DNA from: a virus
Taxonomy: Duplodnaviria; Caudoviricetes
Virus record (IMG/VR): IMGVR_UViG_3300037067_001739
Coordinates: 70,398-134,397 of that record
DNA length: 64,000 nucleotides
Strand: one strand, 5' to 3'
Shown here one piece after another: positions 19,509-30,258 of the stretch. Position numbers and translations under genes: made by a program. Within the stretch, counting starts at the first letter, position 1. Each line of letters opens with the position of its first letter. Under the pieces are notes generated by a model. It ran no database searches and was not told the origin of the DNA. It worked only from the letters and a program-made list of their open reading frames with translations.

Positions 19509-19842
19509 TTTTCACCTCGCATAAAGCTATTGTATTTATAGGTATCTTTTGTAACACTGACCAACACAAGAACCTGTCCAAACATTCGCCACAGCTCCGA
19601 GTACAGGTGATGAAAGCTTCGGCAAATTCTTCGGACTGTCCACATTCGGGACAAAAGTCCATAGGTTCGCAGTCATAGTTGCCACCGATGTTGAAGTGCT
19701 GGTAGTCGTGCTTCATTTGTGCCGACCAACCTTCCCATCCGCACTTGCCGCACTTCACGTAGTGCTCGTAGTCTGTATGTCTGCTAAACACTATAGAATT
19801 CCCCACATTTATAATTGTACCACGTGCCACCGTCATTGTCAA
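19501..19842 (-). CDS. Zn-ribbon protein with tag motif
   Basis: CGECLDRFLCWS; true start lies downstream of the 19814 promoter. Confidence 0.65.
   Translation of the reverse strand: MTMTVARGTIINVGNSIVFSRHTDYEHYVKCGKCGWEGWSAQMKHDYQHFNIGGNYDCEPMDFCPECGQSEEFAEAFITCTRSCGECLDRFLCWSVLQKIPINTIALCEVKNG
19814..19842 (-). promoter_or_regulatory. sigma70-type promoter, class A
   Basis: TTGACAATGACGGTGGCACGTGGTACAAT. Confidence 0.8.
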
Positions 19843-20510
19843 GTACCCTTAGAGAGTGCAAGTTCAGCATGGAGTAGAATACGTGCCAAAGCTGGATTGA
19901 CTCCCCTCTTTCTAAATGTACGGTATATCACGATTGTCTGCGCCCCATCCCAAGTATTCTTGAGAATTGACTCAACATCTTTTTCACTTAGTACCCAAAC
20001 AGTACCACCATAGCGAGCATACACTCCCTTTGGCTTGAACTCGTACCCGAAACCGATTTTGCCCAACCTTGCTCGGAGATTTTCGAGTGCCTTTTGAGCA
20101 TCATCCTTCCGCTTCTTTTCCATGTAAGCCTTAGCATCTTTGACTTGCTCTTCTCGGCTCTTTTCTATGGGTACTTGGTAATCTCCATCATCTACGTTGC
20201 CTGTCCAGCAGTTGAAGAAACTCTTGCAGGCTTTCGTGCAATTACAGGAGATTCCTTCTGGACTTAGAAGATTACCACCAATGAAGGGGCGGCACTGAGG
20301 GTGAACGATAATAGCAGGCTCATTAACATCGCTCATTTCTCGGCTAAACGGATTCCACTTACCACCACTTCGGTAACCCCAATTAGACGCACCGCAATGG
20401 GGGCATTTCATCTTGTCGAGAATAAGGTGATGAATGCCAAACTTCCTGTCCTTGTCTCTTTCAGACAGGGTAGTGAAGTCTTTGCCGCATCTGTTACAAT
20501 GGAGTTTCAT
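19839..20510 (-). CDS. Zn-finger hypothetical protein with variant tag motif
   Basis: CNCTKACKSFFNCWT. Confidence 0.65.
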   Translation of the reverse strand: MKLHCNRCGKDFTTLSERDKDRKFGIHHLILDKMKCPHCGASNWGYRSGGKWNPFSREMSDVNEPAIIVHPQCRPFIGGNLLSPEGISCNCTKACKSFFNCWTGNVDDGDYQVPIEKSREEQVKDAKAYMEKKRKDDAQKALENLRARLGKIGFGYEFKPKGVYARYGGTVWVLSEKDVESILKNTWDGAQTIVIYRTFRKRGVNPALARILLHAELALSKGT

Positions 20511-20893
20511 TTATCGGCTCTTTTTTCCTCACGCTTTCGCTCATTCTCTATTATTTTAGCACGAGCCGCACATTTAGTCAAGTCCACACCACTACGAGCC
20601 AAGAACGCTTCCAGCAGTTCAGTGATGGTGGGTTCTTGGTCAAACGGTATCTTTGCCAAATCATCTTCCAAGTTTACCCTCAAGCCGTCACTCGTAAAGC
20701 AACGGAACTTGAGTTTACAGGATTTACAGATGTTTTCTTCGTCAGTGTTGCCGAGACACCGCTTATCCATTAGGAGCTGGTATGGTTTATCCTTGAAGGT
20801 CAGGTAAATGGGCTTTCCAGGCTCTTCCTTGACCTCTCGGATTTTAACTGTGATGATAGCATCATCCTCAAGATTCACAGCCACTCGCTTCAT
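20507..20893 (-). CDS. Hypothetical protein with tag motif
   Basis: CKSCKLKFRCFT. Confidence 0.7.
   Translation of the reverse strand: MKRVAVNLEDDAIITVKIREVKEEPGKPIYLTFKDKPYQLLMDKRCLGNTDEENICKSCKLKFRCFTSDGLRVNLEDDLAKIPFDQEPTITELLEAFLARSGVDLTKCAARAKIIENERKREEKRADK
20553..20581 (-). promoter_or_regulatory. sigma70-type promoter, class A (intragenic)
   Basis: TTGACTAAATGTGCGGCTCGTGCTAAAAT. Confidence 0.75.
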
Positions 20894-21239
20894 AATCGCT
20901 TCTCCCTTTCTTGTTTAGATATATTACAAACCACTCGGCATCTTTCATTTTTATGTCTCTACAATGGTTTCCGTATGGTAAGTCCTTACGATTCGTATTC
21001 CTGCCACGTGGATGTATACTCCACATGGTTTTGTTGAGGAACTTTTTGCACAACTCCAGAAACAGTTGCCCTTCTTCGTTGTTGGGTACATCAAAAGCAT
21101 ATCTGAATCTACCAGTCTGTACTTTCCTCAGCTTGCCAGTAGTAAAGCATTCGAACTTATATTTACACTTGCCGCAGACACCGCTAGTTATATCTGGTGT
21201 CATTGTCAATCTACACTTTGCTATTAAATGCTGATTCAT
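20868..21239 (-). CDS. Hypothetical protein with tag motif
   Basis: CGKCKYKFECFT. Confidence 0.7.
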   Translation of the reverse strand: MNQHLIAKCRLTMTPDITSGVCGKCKYKFECFTTGKLRKVQTGRFRYAFDVPNNEEGQLFLELCKKFLNKTMWSIHPRGRNTNRKDLPYGNHCRDIKMKDAEWFVIYLNKKGRSDYEASGCES

Positions 21240-21457
21240 TTTTCTTTATGTCGAATTGTAAAGCAACGGAAACGATACGCACACGTGAGACAAGCCTTTC
21301 TTGAGTGGGTAAATCTTGGTGGGTGAACCTGCTCTTTTACTTTACCCCAAATCAAGTTCCAGCATTGCCCCATTATCTTATCCACAAAATCTTGTGGTGG
21401 TGTCTCTCCATTTGCTTTCCATATACTTTCAGTACGTTGAATCTTGGTGGGCTTCAT
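21236..21457 (-). CDS. Hypothetical protein with C-terminal tag motif
   Basis: CLTCAYRFRCFT. Confidence 0.7.
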   Translation of the reverse strand: MKPTKIQRTESIWKANGETPPQDFVDKIMGQCWNLIWGKVKEQVHPPRFTHSRKACLTCAYRFRCFTIRHKEK

Positions 21458-21732
21458 TTCTTTATCGTATAGCAGAGGAATCTATCTTCGCAGTCTCCGC
21501 ACATGTCCAGTGCCTTGAACATCTTACAGTTACGAATATCTGCTAATTCTCTTAATTCATCCTCATGTAATGCCCAAAACTGACCATTTTCAAATTGAAG
21601 ATGATATTTCCTCACCTTGTAGTCAATGGCGAACACCCAACCGAACAACCCTAAGAATGTTTCCTCGCCAATTCTACCAGTTTCTTTTATCTTAATCCTG
21701 TCGCCAAGATTGATAGCGTTTTCTAACTTCAT
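21454..21732 (-). CDS. Hypothetical protein with C-terminal tag motif
   Basis: CGDCEDRFLCYTIKK*. Confidence 0.7.
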   Translation of the reverse strand: MKLENAINLGDRIKIKETGRIGEETFLGLFGWVFAIDYKVRKYHLQFENGQFWALHEDELRELADIRNCKMFKALDMCGDCEDRFLCYTIKK

Positions 21733-22649
21733 ACGATTGTGTCAATCTGATGTACTGCCTTGTCGAAGCGGATACACTTGAACTGAGGATGCCTCAATGA
21801 ATTGACAGTACCATCTGCATTCCGAATCGCACCATAATGCTTTACAGTGACCACAATTTTTGGTGTAACGTAGAACTCATCGCCCTTGTTCCCTGTGGTT
21901 ATTGATTGCAGGATTGGAAGCAATGTTTCCTTGGGTACGGTATTTGCACCGAAGCCACCACCCACGTATGTCAAGCGTTGAAGCTTGTTATCAACCCTGT
22001 GTCCAACAAGGATTGAGAGGGTCTTTGCCCTGCGAGAGCCTGACTGATAACCCATGATTACAAAGTCATTGTCAGCCATGAACTTCCGCTTCGCCCACCG
22101 ACCAGTTTGCCCATCAATATACTTGGACAGTGGGTCTTTAATTACGATGCCCTCGAATCCCATGCTGACTACACGGTTAAAAAACGCATCCAACTCCTGC
22201 TGATTCCGACAAATTGCCTTGGGTACAAGACTGACTTTCTTGTTGTAGAACGTCAGACTTTCCAGAAGCTTTCGGGTGGCAATGTGGTCGTTGTCCTTCC
22301 AGACTTCTTGACCATCGTACTTGAGACACCCAAAGATTGCCAAATTCAAATCGGGGTCAAGTTTGTGAGCGAGGAAGTCATAGAAATTAGTGCCAGCTCC
22401 ATAGACTAACTCCCCCAAGAACACGCTATCATCGGGAATATCTATCTTGGTCACTGGCATGTCAGTCCTTATACGACCATGTTCGGGTTTGTTGGCAAGA
22501 AAGATGTCACCATGTTTCTTGATTACGTACTGGAACTCTCCATCCATCTTGACCTCGGCAAGACAAGGGAAGGGAATGTGCTCTCCCTCAATTTCCATGA
22601 AAGGGAGTCCGTTGTAAAGCGGGCTTGTCTTATCCTGATATGTCCTCAT
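21729..22649 (-). CDS. lig: ATP-dependent DNA ligase (minimal adenylation + OB domains)
   Basis: EVKMDGE (motif I KxDG), FLGEL, FEGIVIKD, WAKRK, VGGGF, SLRHPQF..IRFDK. Confidence 0.9.
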   Translation of the reverse strand: MRTYQDKTSPLYNGLPFMEIEGEHIPFPCLAEVKMDGEFQYVIKKHGDIFLANKPEHGRIRTDMPVTKIDIPDDSVFLGELVYGAGTNFYDFLAHKLDPDLNLAIFGCLKYDGQEVWKDNDHIATRKLLESLTFYNKKVSLVPKAICRNQQELDAFFNRVVSMGFEGIVIKDPLSKYIDGQTGRWAKRKFMADNDFVIMGYQSGSRRAKTLSILVGHRVDNKLQRLTYVGGGFGANTVPKETLLPILQSITTGNKGDEFYVTPKIVVTVKHYGAIRNADGTVNSLRHPQFKCIRFDKAVHQIDTIV

Positions 22650-22881
22650 AGTCTACCTTCCTATTTGGGTCTGTCAACCAGTGCCAGAACGAATGACATT
22701 CCCTACAAAAGATTACAATATCAAACAACCAACTGTCGCCGCAATGGTGAACAGTCAGGTTTGTTGTTGTATCGCAATTCTCGCAATGACCTACCCATTC
22801 CCTTACTGCCCTGAGTATTTGGGTTTTTATTTTGCCAGTACGAGCTTTCTCGTCTGCCCAAACTATCAGTGCTGTTGTCAT
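22630..22881 (-). CDS. Small HNH-like endonuclease
   Basis: CENC..LTVHH..CRECH pattern. Confidence 0.5.
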   Translation of the reverse strand: MTTALIVWADEKARTGKIKTQILRAVREWVGHCENCDTTTNLTVHHCGDSWLFDIVIFCRECHSFWHWLTDPNRKVDYEDISG

Positions 22882-23196
22882 GCTGGTAGCTTTGCCCTAA
22901 CCTCAAGCTTCGTGTCGCAACGTGGACAGGTTATCCTGTGCCATTCTCGGTCTATGGACATTATGACATTAAACATCTTGACACCATCCACGTGAATGCC
23001 AAGCTTCGCATTGCATTTGGGACATTTACCTTTGACTAGAATTTCGGATGGCATATCCACATTTCCCCACAATTCGGGCAGAGTACAGGAATTTCACTAT
23101 CGTATTCTATGATTATCAGCCACTTTCTATGGTAGTTTACTGGTATTCTAAGTAACTGACCGCAATCTGGACAGTTGGCTTCATATATCTGTTGGG

Positions 23197-24354
23197 TCAT
23201 TCTCCACCTGCCTTAAAGTTGTACACAGGTTTCATCATGAAGTCAATTTCCACTGTCTCCCCGATTGCCTCTACGATTACGTCTTTGTCCTTATATGCCA
23301 TCGGAGATTCGTCTATTGTGTCAATCGTTGCGGTTGTGGTATAGATACCTTCCATTTCGGATTTGAATTCATCCATCGAGAGTGTCTCTTTGGCTTTCCT
23401 TCTGGACAGTATCCTACCTGCACCATGCGGTGCGGATTCGTTCCACTTAGTATTTCCCTTGCCAGTACAGACTGCAACACCGTCTCGCATATTGAACGGA
23501 ATCACTAACCGTTCTCCATAGTGTGCCGATACCGCACCTTTCCTGACAATTTTATCCTCAAAATTGATGTAGTTATGGACTGTTTCAATGGCGTTGGAAT
23601 CCCAGGCAGACTGTCCGAAGTAACTCAGGATAACTTCTGCCATGACTCCCCTGTTCATCTTTGCGTAAAGCTGTGCTATCTTCATTGCCTCAAGATAACT
23701 TTCAGCTCCGAAGCCAATCGGTAGATACTCAAGGTTCTTGTAAGCGTCAGCCCCAACGAACATGGTCTTGAGCAATTCTTTAGCTTTGCTTTGGTAGTGG
23801 TTTGCTACCCGCAACCCGAAATTCCTGCTACCCGAATGGATGAGAAGCCAGTATTCTCCCTCATCCGTCTGGTCTATTTCGATGAAATGATTACCACCAC
23901 CGAGTGTCCCGATTGAGCCAACAACCTTGGACTGGTCTTGACCTGTGACTCCTGCCAATCCGATAACATCGGACATTCCTTTGCCAAAGTAATCCTTGGG
24001 TTTCTTACCAGTCACCATTTTTTCATCGGTGCTTCTAATGTTGAAGCCACTCGGAACATTCTTCTTGATAAAAGTATCCAGTGCCTTGAAGTCAATGCTC
24101 TCTGCTTTCAATGGGTAAGCAAGCACTCCACAGCCAATGTCTACCCCCACAACGTTAGGGATAACGTACTCATTCATCTTGGCAGTAAAACCTATTACCG
24201 CACCAGCACCAGCATGACAATCTGGCATGATAGCGATGTAGGTATGAGCAAACGCTGGATGATTGAGGAACGAGTAGATTTGGCTAATTGTTTCTTGGTC
24301 TAGTTCGTCAATCATGACGTTTGCCGAATTGTATTTTCCTCTAAATGTCTGCAA
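23197..24354 (-). CDS. rtcB: RtcB RNA 2',3'-cyclic phosphate/5'-OH ligase
   Basis: MPDCHAG, VGVDIGCG, GTLGGGNHFIE, IHSGSR, HNY, SAPHGAGR, DESPMAYK. Confidence 0.95.
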   Translation of the reverse strand: MQTFRGKYNSANVMIDELDQETISQIYSFLNHPAFAHTYIAIMPDCHAGAGAVIGFTAKMNEYVIPNVVGVDIGCGVLAYPLKAESIDFKALDTFIKKNVPSGFNIRSTDEKMVTGKKPKDYFGKGMSDVIGLAGVTGQDQSKVVGSIGTLGGGNHFIEIDQTDEGEYWLLIHSGSRNFGLRVANHYQSKAKELLKTMFVGADAYKNLEYLPIGFGAESYLEAMKIAQLYAKMNRGVMAEVILSYFGQSAWDSNAIETVHNYINFEDKIVRKGAVSAHYGERLVIPFNMRDGVAVCTGKGNTKWNESAPHGAGRILSRRKAKETLSMDEFKSEMEGIYTTTATIDTIDESPMAYKDKDVIVEAIGETVEIDFMMKPVYNFKAGGE

Positions 24355-25476
24355 TTTTTATTTCCTTTTTGAAGCTAAATAAAATGCCAGAAAATGCACT
24401 TTTATGCACTATTGAGCGTGGGAAAAACGCCATTTATAATCTTTTTTAACGGGTTTTTCCTCGGTCTGAACGGGTGGTTTAGCTTCAGATTCATTGGTTT
24501 TTCTGGACTTTTTCGGCTTATTTTCTGAAATTTTATTTTGTCGTATCTCTTTACCGCAGAGAATACACTTCAAATAATGAGGCTCTTCCTGTTTACCCTT
24601 CTCCCATGCCATCGTTCCATTGATGCACCGAGGACAGGTATAAGCCCAATAATTTACCGCAACTGTTCTTGTCTTTATTTCCATTCTTCTTCCAGTGCGG
24701 CTAACTCCGCCGCCCTCTCCTTTGCTTCACGACATTGAGGGCAACAACCTTCGAGAATGTTGGTATGAGTCTCTGATTGAATGTCTGTATATATCTCAAC
24801 CAGCCCACCCTCAACCATTTCCTCAAAGGGCTTACCACAATCGAGACAGGTGAACTTGAAGTTTCGCCTCATACCGAACTCTTCGAGGACGGCATTGTGG
24901 ATGCTTTGCTTTACATCGGGAGGTAGATTAGCGAAGTCCATCTTGTATTCCTTGCGAGCCAGTTCATCTTCTCGCTTGTCCTGTTGTGATTGACTGACTT
25001 TAGCCATGTTTTTCTCCGTCTTTTTGTCCCATAGCTTTGAGTTGCATCTCTGCATACTCCGAAGCCATGCGGTACAGATTATCATTGTTATAAATTTCTT
25101 CCAGTGTCCATTGAGGATGGAGTCTTTGCCATTCCTCAATCTTGTCCATCAGGAAGCGTTTCATCATTCCCATTATTTGTGCCGTCCTACATCATTGATT
25201 GGTGCTTCGGTTGTTATCTCTGGTTTGGGTCTTTTAGGGCGCCCGTTAGCTTCAAGCTGTTCTAGCGCACGTTTAGCCGTTTCATCTATCTTATCTATCC
25301 TGTCTTTAGCATTCTTTTTGATATACTTGATTTCAGATGCCACAGCCTTGCAGGATTCCTTTTCGGGATAGTGACAATAAAACACGTGCGGACACCTGCC
25401 ACCCAACCAGCGTTTCGGTGACCAGCAGTTGTTGCCGACTTGACTTGAACTTACTGCAATACTATTCATTATCTTT

Positions 25477-25505
25477 ATTCTACCACAAGCCGCTTTCGAT
25501 GTCAA
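25477..25505 (-). promoter_or_regulatory. sigma70-type promoter, class A
   Basis: TTGACATCGAAAGCGGCTTGTGGTAGAAT; ATG follows 7 nt downstream. Confidence 0.8.
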
Positions 25506-25688
25506 GCTTGCTCATTCCAGTCATCAAGTACGATGACCTGACCATTGGGGCAGTGAAGATAGTATCCCCACCCATGCTCAACACGGTAACCATCTTTGAC
25601 AAGCTCTGCCTCAAGCTTGTGTAGCTCCTCTCTTGAGCCGCTACGCTCATGATTTACACTTCGATATAACGCTCGGAAAGTATCAACT

Positions 25689-25904
25689 TTATCTGCCATT
25701 TTCCCTGACTCCAAACTCTTTTGCCGTCCAGCACTTGAATCTTAAATTACACGTATCGCATTCTTCAATACCAACGTAACGCCAGCTTGAATTGAATGCA
25801 AGCAACCTACCATCCTCAAGTCTTAACATTCTACACTTTATTATGGTATTATTGCCGTCTATAAAGGGTGCGGCTAAATCCGCACTCCCTGTGACCTTGC
25901 CCAT
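25689..25904 (-). CDS. Small protein with C-terminal tag motif
   Basis: CDTCNLRFKCWT; start uncertain. Confidence 0.6.
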   Translation of the reverse strand: MGKVTGSADLAAPFIDGNNTIIKCRMLRLEDGRLLAFNSSWRYVGIEECDTCNLRFKCWTAKEFGVRENGR

Positions 25905-26031
25905 TGATACAAACCCTCGTCATTCAGAATCCATTGCCGCCTTTCCTCATTGTTGAGTTGGGCGTTAGGAACGACACGCTTGATTGCTCTGTCAATTTCC
26001 TCTCGATTTTCCTTGATGAAGTCCGCCATTT

Positions 26032-26946
26032 TCATAGATACTTACACTCCGTATAATTTTTTCCTTCGCCACTGACGATGCAATCATCATTGGGTACTTC
26101 ACAAGCGCACCGTAATGGACACTCGGTGGCTAACTTGGGTTCAGGAGCTACGGCATCCCAATCAGCTTCAAATTCAGCTATGAGTGCCGACACTATTGTT
26201 TCCGCTTTCTCCGCAATCACTTGCTTGAATGCTTTACCCTTACCTTTCTGCCACTCCTGTCCACCTATGGTCACTTCGTAAGACGGAACTTCCACGCTCT
26301 CACGAATGCGTGCCCTGAACTTCATATTTTTGGTTGCGAACACCTCAACCTTGGGATAATGCTTCTTGGCATTCTGCTCGGTGATGTGGTGGTCAATGGT
26401 TGCTTTACATTCCTTGAGTGCATCCTCAATCCCCTCATCGCCATAATAACCCCAACAGGAATCGAGGTTCTCGCCATCCGCATCAGTGATGGTGAATCCA
26501 TAGACCTCGCCACGAAGATACTGGTCATAGGTCTTAACCTCATTCTCAAGATACCCTGTGACCCTCTGCCGTAGCTGTGGTGATATGTGCTTGACGCTGT
26601 ACTCTTTGCGGACTTTGGTTTTGTCAATGAAGATAAAGCCTATCCGACCACTGTCCCAAGGACAACTGAAGCCCTTGGTGTTCATGGTGATTCCCGAATG
26701 GTCGTAGAGGTAGAGAGGTAGAACTATTGCCGCATCCCTCTCTTTCTCAAGGTAGGATACCATTTCATCCCACCCATTGAAACTTTCGGCATCAATGTCA
26801 TGCTTGTCTCCCAAGTCATACCGCTTGTGGAAGCATACCATCGTGCCGAGGTTGTCCCATTCCCTCGGACTTTCGGGGCATTCATCTTGGTAGAACTGTA
26901 TTTTGAATCCCCTATATTCCTCTGTTTTTACTGCCTCGCTGTTCAT
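26032..26946 (-). CDS. Hypothetical phage protein
   Basis: 304-aa ORF with GGAG SD; SPREWDNLG, LYLYDHSG, WDSG, DSCWGYYG blocks. Confidence 0.65.
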   Translation of the reverse strand: MNSEAVKTEEYRGFKIQFYQDECPESPREWDNLGTMVCFHKRYDLGDKHDIDAESFNGWDEMVSYLEKERDAAIVLPLYLYDHSGITMNTKGFSCPWDSGRIGFIFIDKTKVRKEYSVKHISPQLRQRVTGYLENEVKTYDQYLRGEVYGFTITDADGENLDSCWGYYGDEGIEDALKECKATIDHHITEQNAKKHYPKVEVFATKNMKFRARIRESVEVPSYEVTIGGQEWQKGKGKAFKQVIAEKAETIVSALIAEFEADWDAVAPEPKLATECPLRCACEVPNDDCIVSGEGKNYTECKYL

Positions 26947-28128
26947 GTGTCTCCTTCCGAAGCATAGCTTCGTACTTATTTATTTGAGTCAGGCTACTGA
27001 CCCTGTTCTCACATCGAAGTGGATTCGCTTTTGCCACATTATTGCTCTTGCCTGATTGATGGTTAGACCGAGTTCTGCCAAGATTTTAGCAGTACCGTTA
27101 GGTCCTTCGCCACCATACCCACAATTACAACCCGATAGCAGAATTGTGCCCTGCGTGCCAGTTATCATCATGTTGTACTCGACAGGGTACGTATAGCCGC
27201 TCTCGGACTTTCTATCTTCTGTTTGAAGCCCTTCTGCGGAAACATCAACCGTCAGGACATTGCCGATGTCATGCTTGTGTCTGTTCCAGAACTCTAAGCT
27301 TTCCCTCGTTATTCCGCCACCATCATCTTTTAGAAACATGACAGCCCCCTATTGCTTTTAATTTCCTGCCTCGGTCTGCAACAAACTCCGCAGGTACTTG
27401 CCCATTTAAGTATTTGTCAAAGGCTTCAAGAAACTTTATGAGTCTGTGCTGAACGATTATAGGCTTTCGTTGACCCTTACGGACTCCTCGTGCCAGAGAC
27501 ATTTCCTACTCCCTTTGTTAAGATACTTTGTGCTAACACGAGCGATGCCGTGAGGTTTTGTCGCTTTGTCAATTCCGTTATCACGTCTCGGTCAACCTTG
27601 CCAGATTTGGTTTGCTTTATCAATTCCACCAGCACCTTTGCCTGACGCTCTATGCTGGAATTTACCCCATCCCCATTGACATATTTGCCCGCTTCCCTTA
27701 TCTTCTGAAGCCAGGCATTTACTGTCTCATTGGTGATTGCATTAACCGCATTGACTTCCGTAGTCCTATGGGTAGCCAATTCGTATTTGTGCATTTTGGA
27801 TTTACTCATAATTTACCCTTAGATAGCTTATATATGAAAATGCCCCAACCAATTCCTGCACAACACGCAAGCACTATTAGTCCTATTATTCGCCACAATT
27901 CCATCAAGGGTGTAACTCCCAAGTGAAATTATGCCAGCACTTACACTTAGTGCATTCAAACGTGGCATATACGTGGTTGGGTTCAATGTGTCCGTTTTCA
28001 TCATGACTATGCCACGTGTCAATTCCGAGGATGAGGTTTCTATGCGCCACCACATTTTTCACTGGACAAACATAGTTTATCCTCACTTCGAAGCCACTGA
28101 TGGTCATAGCATTGTTTATCATACTAAT

Positions 28129-28157
28129 ATTCTACCTCATGCCGTGATTAAAGTCAA
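28129..28157 (-). promoter_or_regulatory. sigma70-type promoter, class A-like
   Basis: TTGACTTTAATCACGGCATGAGGTAGAAT; ATG follows 6 nt downstream. Confidence 0.7.
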
Positions 28158-28420
28158 CCCTATATTTTGGTGAGCAAACTCGGATGAACCCTCCAGTTTG
28201 AGCCGCTGGTCGTCTTTACCGCTACCAGCCTTCGATTCACCTTGACTACCCTGCCAGTTTCGACCTTGCCATATTTGCCGACAAAGCTGACTTTATCACC
28301 AGCCTTGAAAGATACCTTGAGTTGACGTTCCAGTAACTCACGGAACGTGTGCAGTTCTGATACGGTTGCCCCTTTGATTGCATCCATGAATTTAGCTAAG
28401 TCTGCCATCTTTTACCTCAC

Positions 28421-28726
28421 TTATATTTGAAATAAATTCCATAGCACAATTCCTGCCATAATAGCCAGACAAGCTCCGAAAGCGAAGCAAGCCAGCTTAG
28501 GATAACGTTGGTAAATCCTGACGAGGAAGAATGCCGCAATTGCTGAACCGAGTATTTTTAATAGCCAGAATGTGTTTACTGAGTGGTCAAGCAGATAACG
28601 CATGATGGGATTAAGTTCGTAGCCACTTCCATGCACTACGATTTGAGTGGTAAGGTAGGCATCTGCTGTACCTAACAGAACCATCCCACCTGCCATAGCT
28701 CCCACCGCAACTGCCTCTGCCCTCAT
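28421..28726 (-). CDS. Small membrane protein (DUF5658-like)
   Basis: Three hydrophobic segments; D..LT and YELNPIM motifs. Confidence 0.55.
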   Translation of the reverse strand: MRAEAVAVGAMAGGMVLLGTADAYLTTQIVVHGSGYELNPIMRYLLDHSVNTFWLLKILGSAIAAFFLVRIYQRYPKLACFAFGACLAIMAGIVLWNLFQI

Positions 28727-29079
28727 AGTTCAGGTGTCTCCACAACGGTATGCTTTTTGATGATGTTGCATTGAACGCCGTAGATTACCGTAGCGTCAGG
28801 GTGTTCGTCAAGGAAAGCCTCAAGTGTGGGTTGGTCTGTGAACGTATCCATTACCACAAACTCACGGTAATCTTCGTATTTTAAGCCGTTGTTGTCTATC
28901 CTGAATACGAACCATTTAGCCATTGTTTACCCCACAACTTCGCATTTTAATATTGGGTGTGCTTGTTTCTTTTCGGCTCTGCGTTCATACAGAGCTAATT
29001 CGATTGCCCTAATCATGTTAGTGGACTTTTCGGTTATGACCACACCATCCTGAAAGGTTATGGCGTACTTCTTGGTCAT

Positions 29080-30012
29080 TTAGTCCACCCTTCCAGAAGC
29101 CGACCATGACCCCTGCGCCCTATTCTCGAATGCTTCAAATATGAGAGGTTGGTCACTGGTTGAGAGCCGCATCATCCTGTGGTCACCCCGACCACCCCAT
29201 CTGGACTGATGCCGTACCTGACCACTGACCCATATCCTATCGCCAATCTGCATTCCCCTTGTTGCGATGTGGAGATTGCCGTCAGGTCTGTGCGGTAGGG
29301 TGAACTTGGGTGTCATTGCCTTGTACAGAAACTTGTTCATCTTTTCGGGCGTGAGAGGTTCGTCACTTTCCGATATGAAGATTGGAGGCTCACCCATTGG
29401 AACAAAGAACCACTCACCTTGCCGCTGGTACTCCTGACCCTTAACCTGTTCTGGCATCAGAGCATCAAACGCACCCTCGATGGACTCAAACGGCTTATCC
29501 GTTCTCCAATCATCAGGAAGCAGGCAGATAAAGTAATTGTACCCATCCATTGAGGACAGGTAATATTTATCCTTGTGCTTTATGACAGCCGATTCGGGTC
29601 TCCGTTCCTCAACTGGATAGTAGCCCTCTTGCTGTTCTGTGGTCAGCTTTTCGTATTCTGCCAAGCTTATTCTATCATCGGTATTAGCTTGGCGATAGGC
29701 TACAGTGTCCCATCGTTGAGGCTGGTGAGTGACCAACTCAAAGGTATAATAACTGATGCCAGCTCCGTTCAATGCAGAGAACGGTATCTGGATGGTGGCG
29801 TGCTTGAAGCAAGACGATTGGTGTTGGCTTGTAGTGCTGGAATACTTGTCTGCATTCAGCAGGAAGCCCCAATCTCTCCTGACCAGCAATGGGAAGTGTC
29901 TGCCATAAGAATACATAACGTCACCGTCAATGTACATATGGCTTGCTTCACCATCCGTTGCCCCATCCACAAATTCCTGAATTAACGTTTTTTGACTTTT
30001 CATTTTTGCCAC
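29080..30012 (-). CDS. Hypothetical phage protein
   Basis: 310-aa ORF with AAGGAG SD and GTG start; YSYGRHFP, YSSTTSQHQ, RQGEWFFVP. Confidence 0.65.
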   Translation of the reverse strand: MAKMKSQKTLIQEFVDGATDGEASHMYIDGDVMYSYGRHFPLLVRRDWGFLLNADKYSSTTSQHQSSCFKHATIQIPFSALNGAGISYYTFELVTHQPQRWDTVAYRQANTDDRISLAEYEKLTTEQQEGYYPVEERRPESAVIKHKDKYYLSSMDGYNYFICLLPDDWRTDKPFESIEGAFDALMPEQVKGQEYQRQGEWFFVPMGEPPIFISESDEPLTPEKMNKFLYKAMTPKFTLPHRPDGNLHIATRGMQIGDRIWVSGQVRHQSRWGGRGDHRMMRLSTSDQPLIFEAFENRAQGSWSASGRVD

Positions 30013-30040
30013 ACTCCTTGTGTTCTGTTCCCATGATTAT

Positions 30041-30069
30041 ATTCTAGCACGAGCCGTCTTGATTGTCAA
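30041..30069 (-). promoter_or_regulatory. sigma70-type promoter, class A
   Basis: TTGACAATCAAGACGGCTCGTGCTAGAAT. Confidence 0.85.
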
Positions 30070-30258
30070 GCACCGCATTTGGTTTTGCAGTTGCCACGAA
30101 CTGTTCTGAGAGTCTCTGTTATGATGCCCCGTTCTCTCTTTAGCTTCGCTTGTTCTTCTGCCAGGGCTTTGAACTGATATTTGTTCCGCATGACCTTGCT
30201 CTGAACGGTTGCCAGTTCATCTTCCAGCTTCTTAACAACTGCCTCGTAAGCCGCTTTC

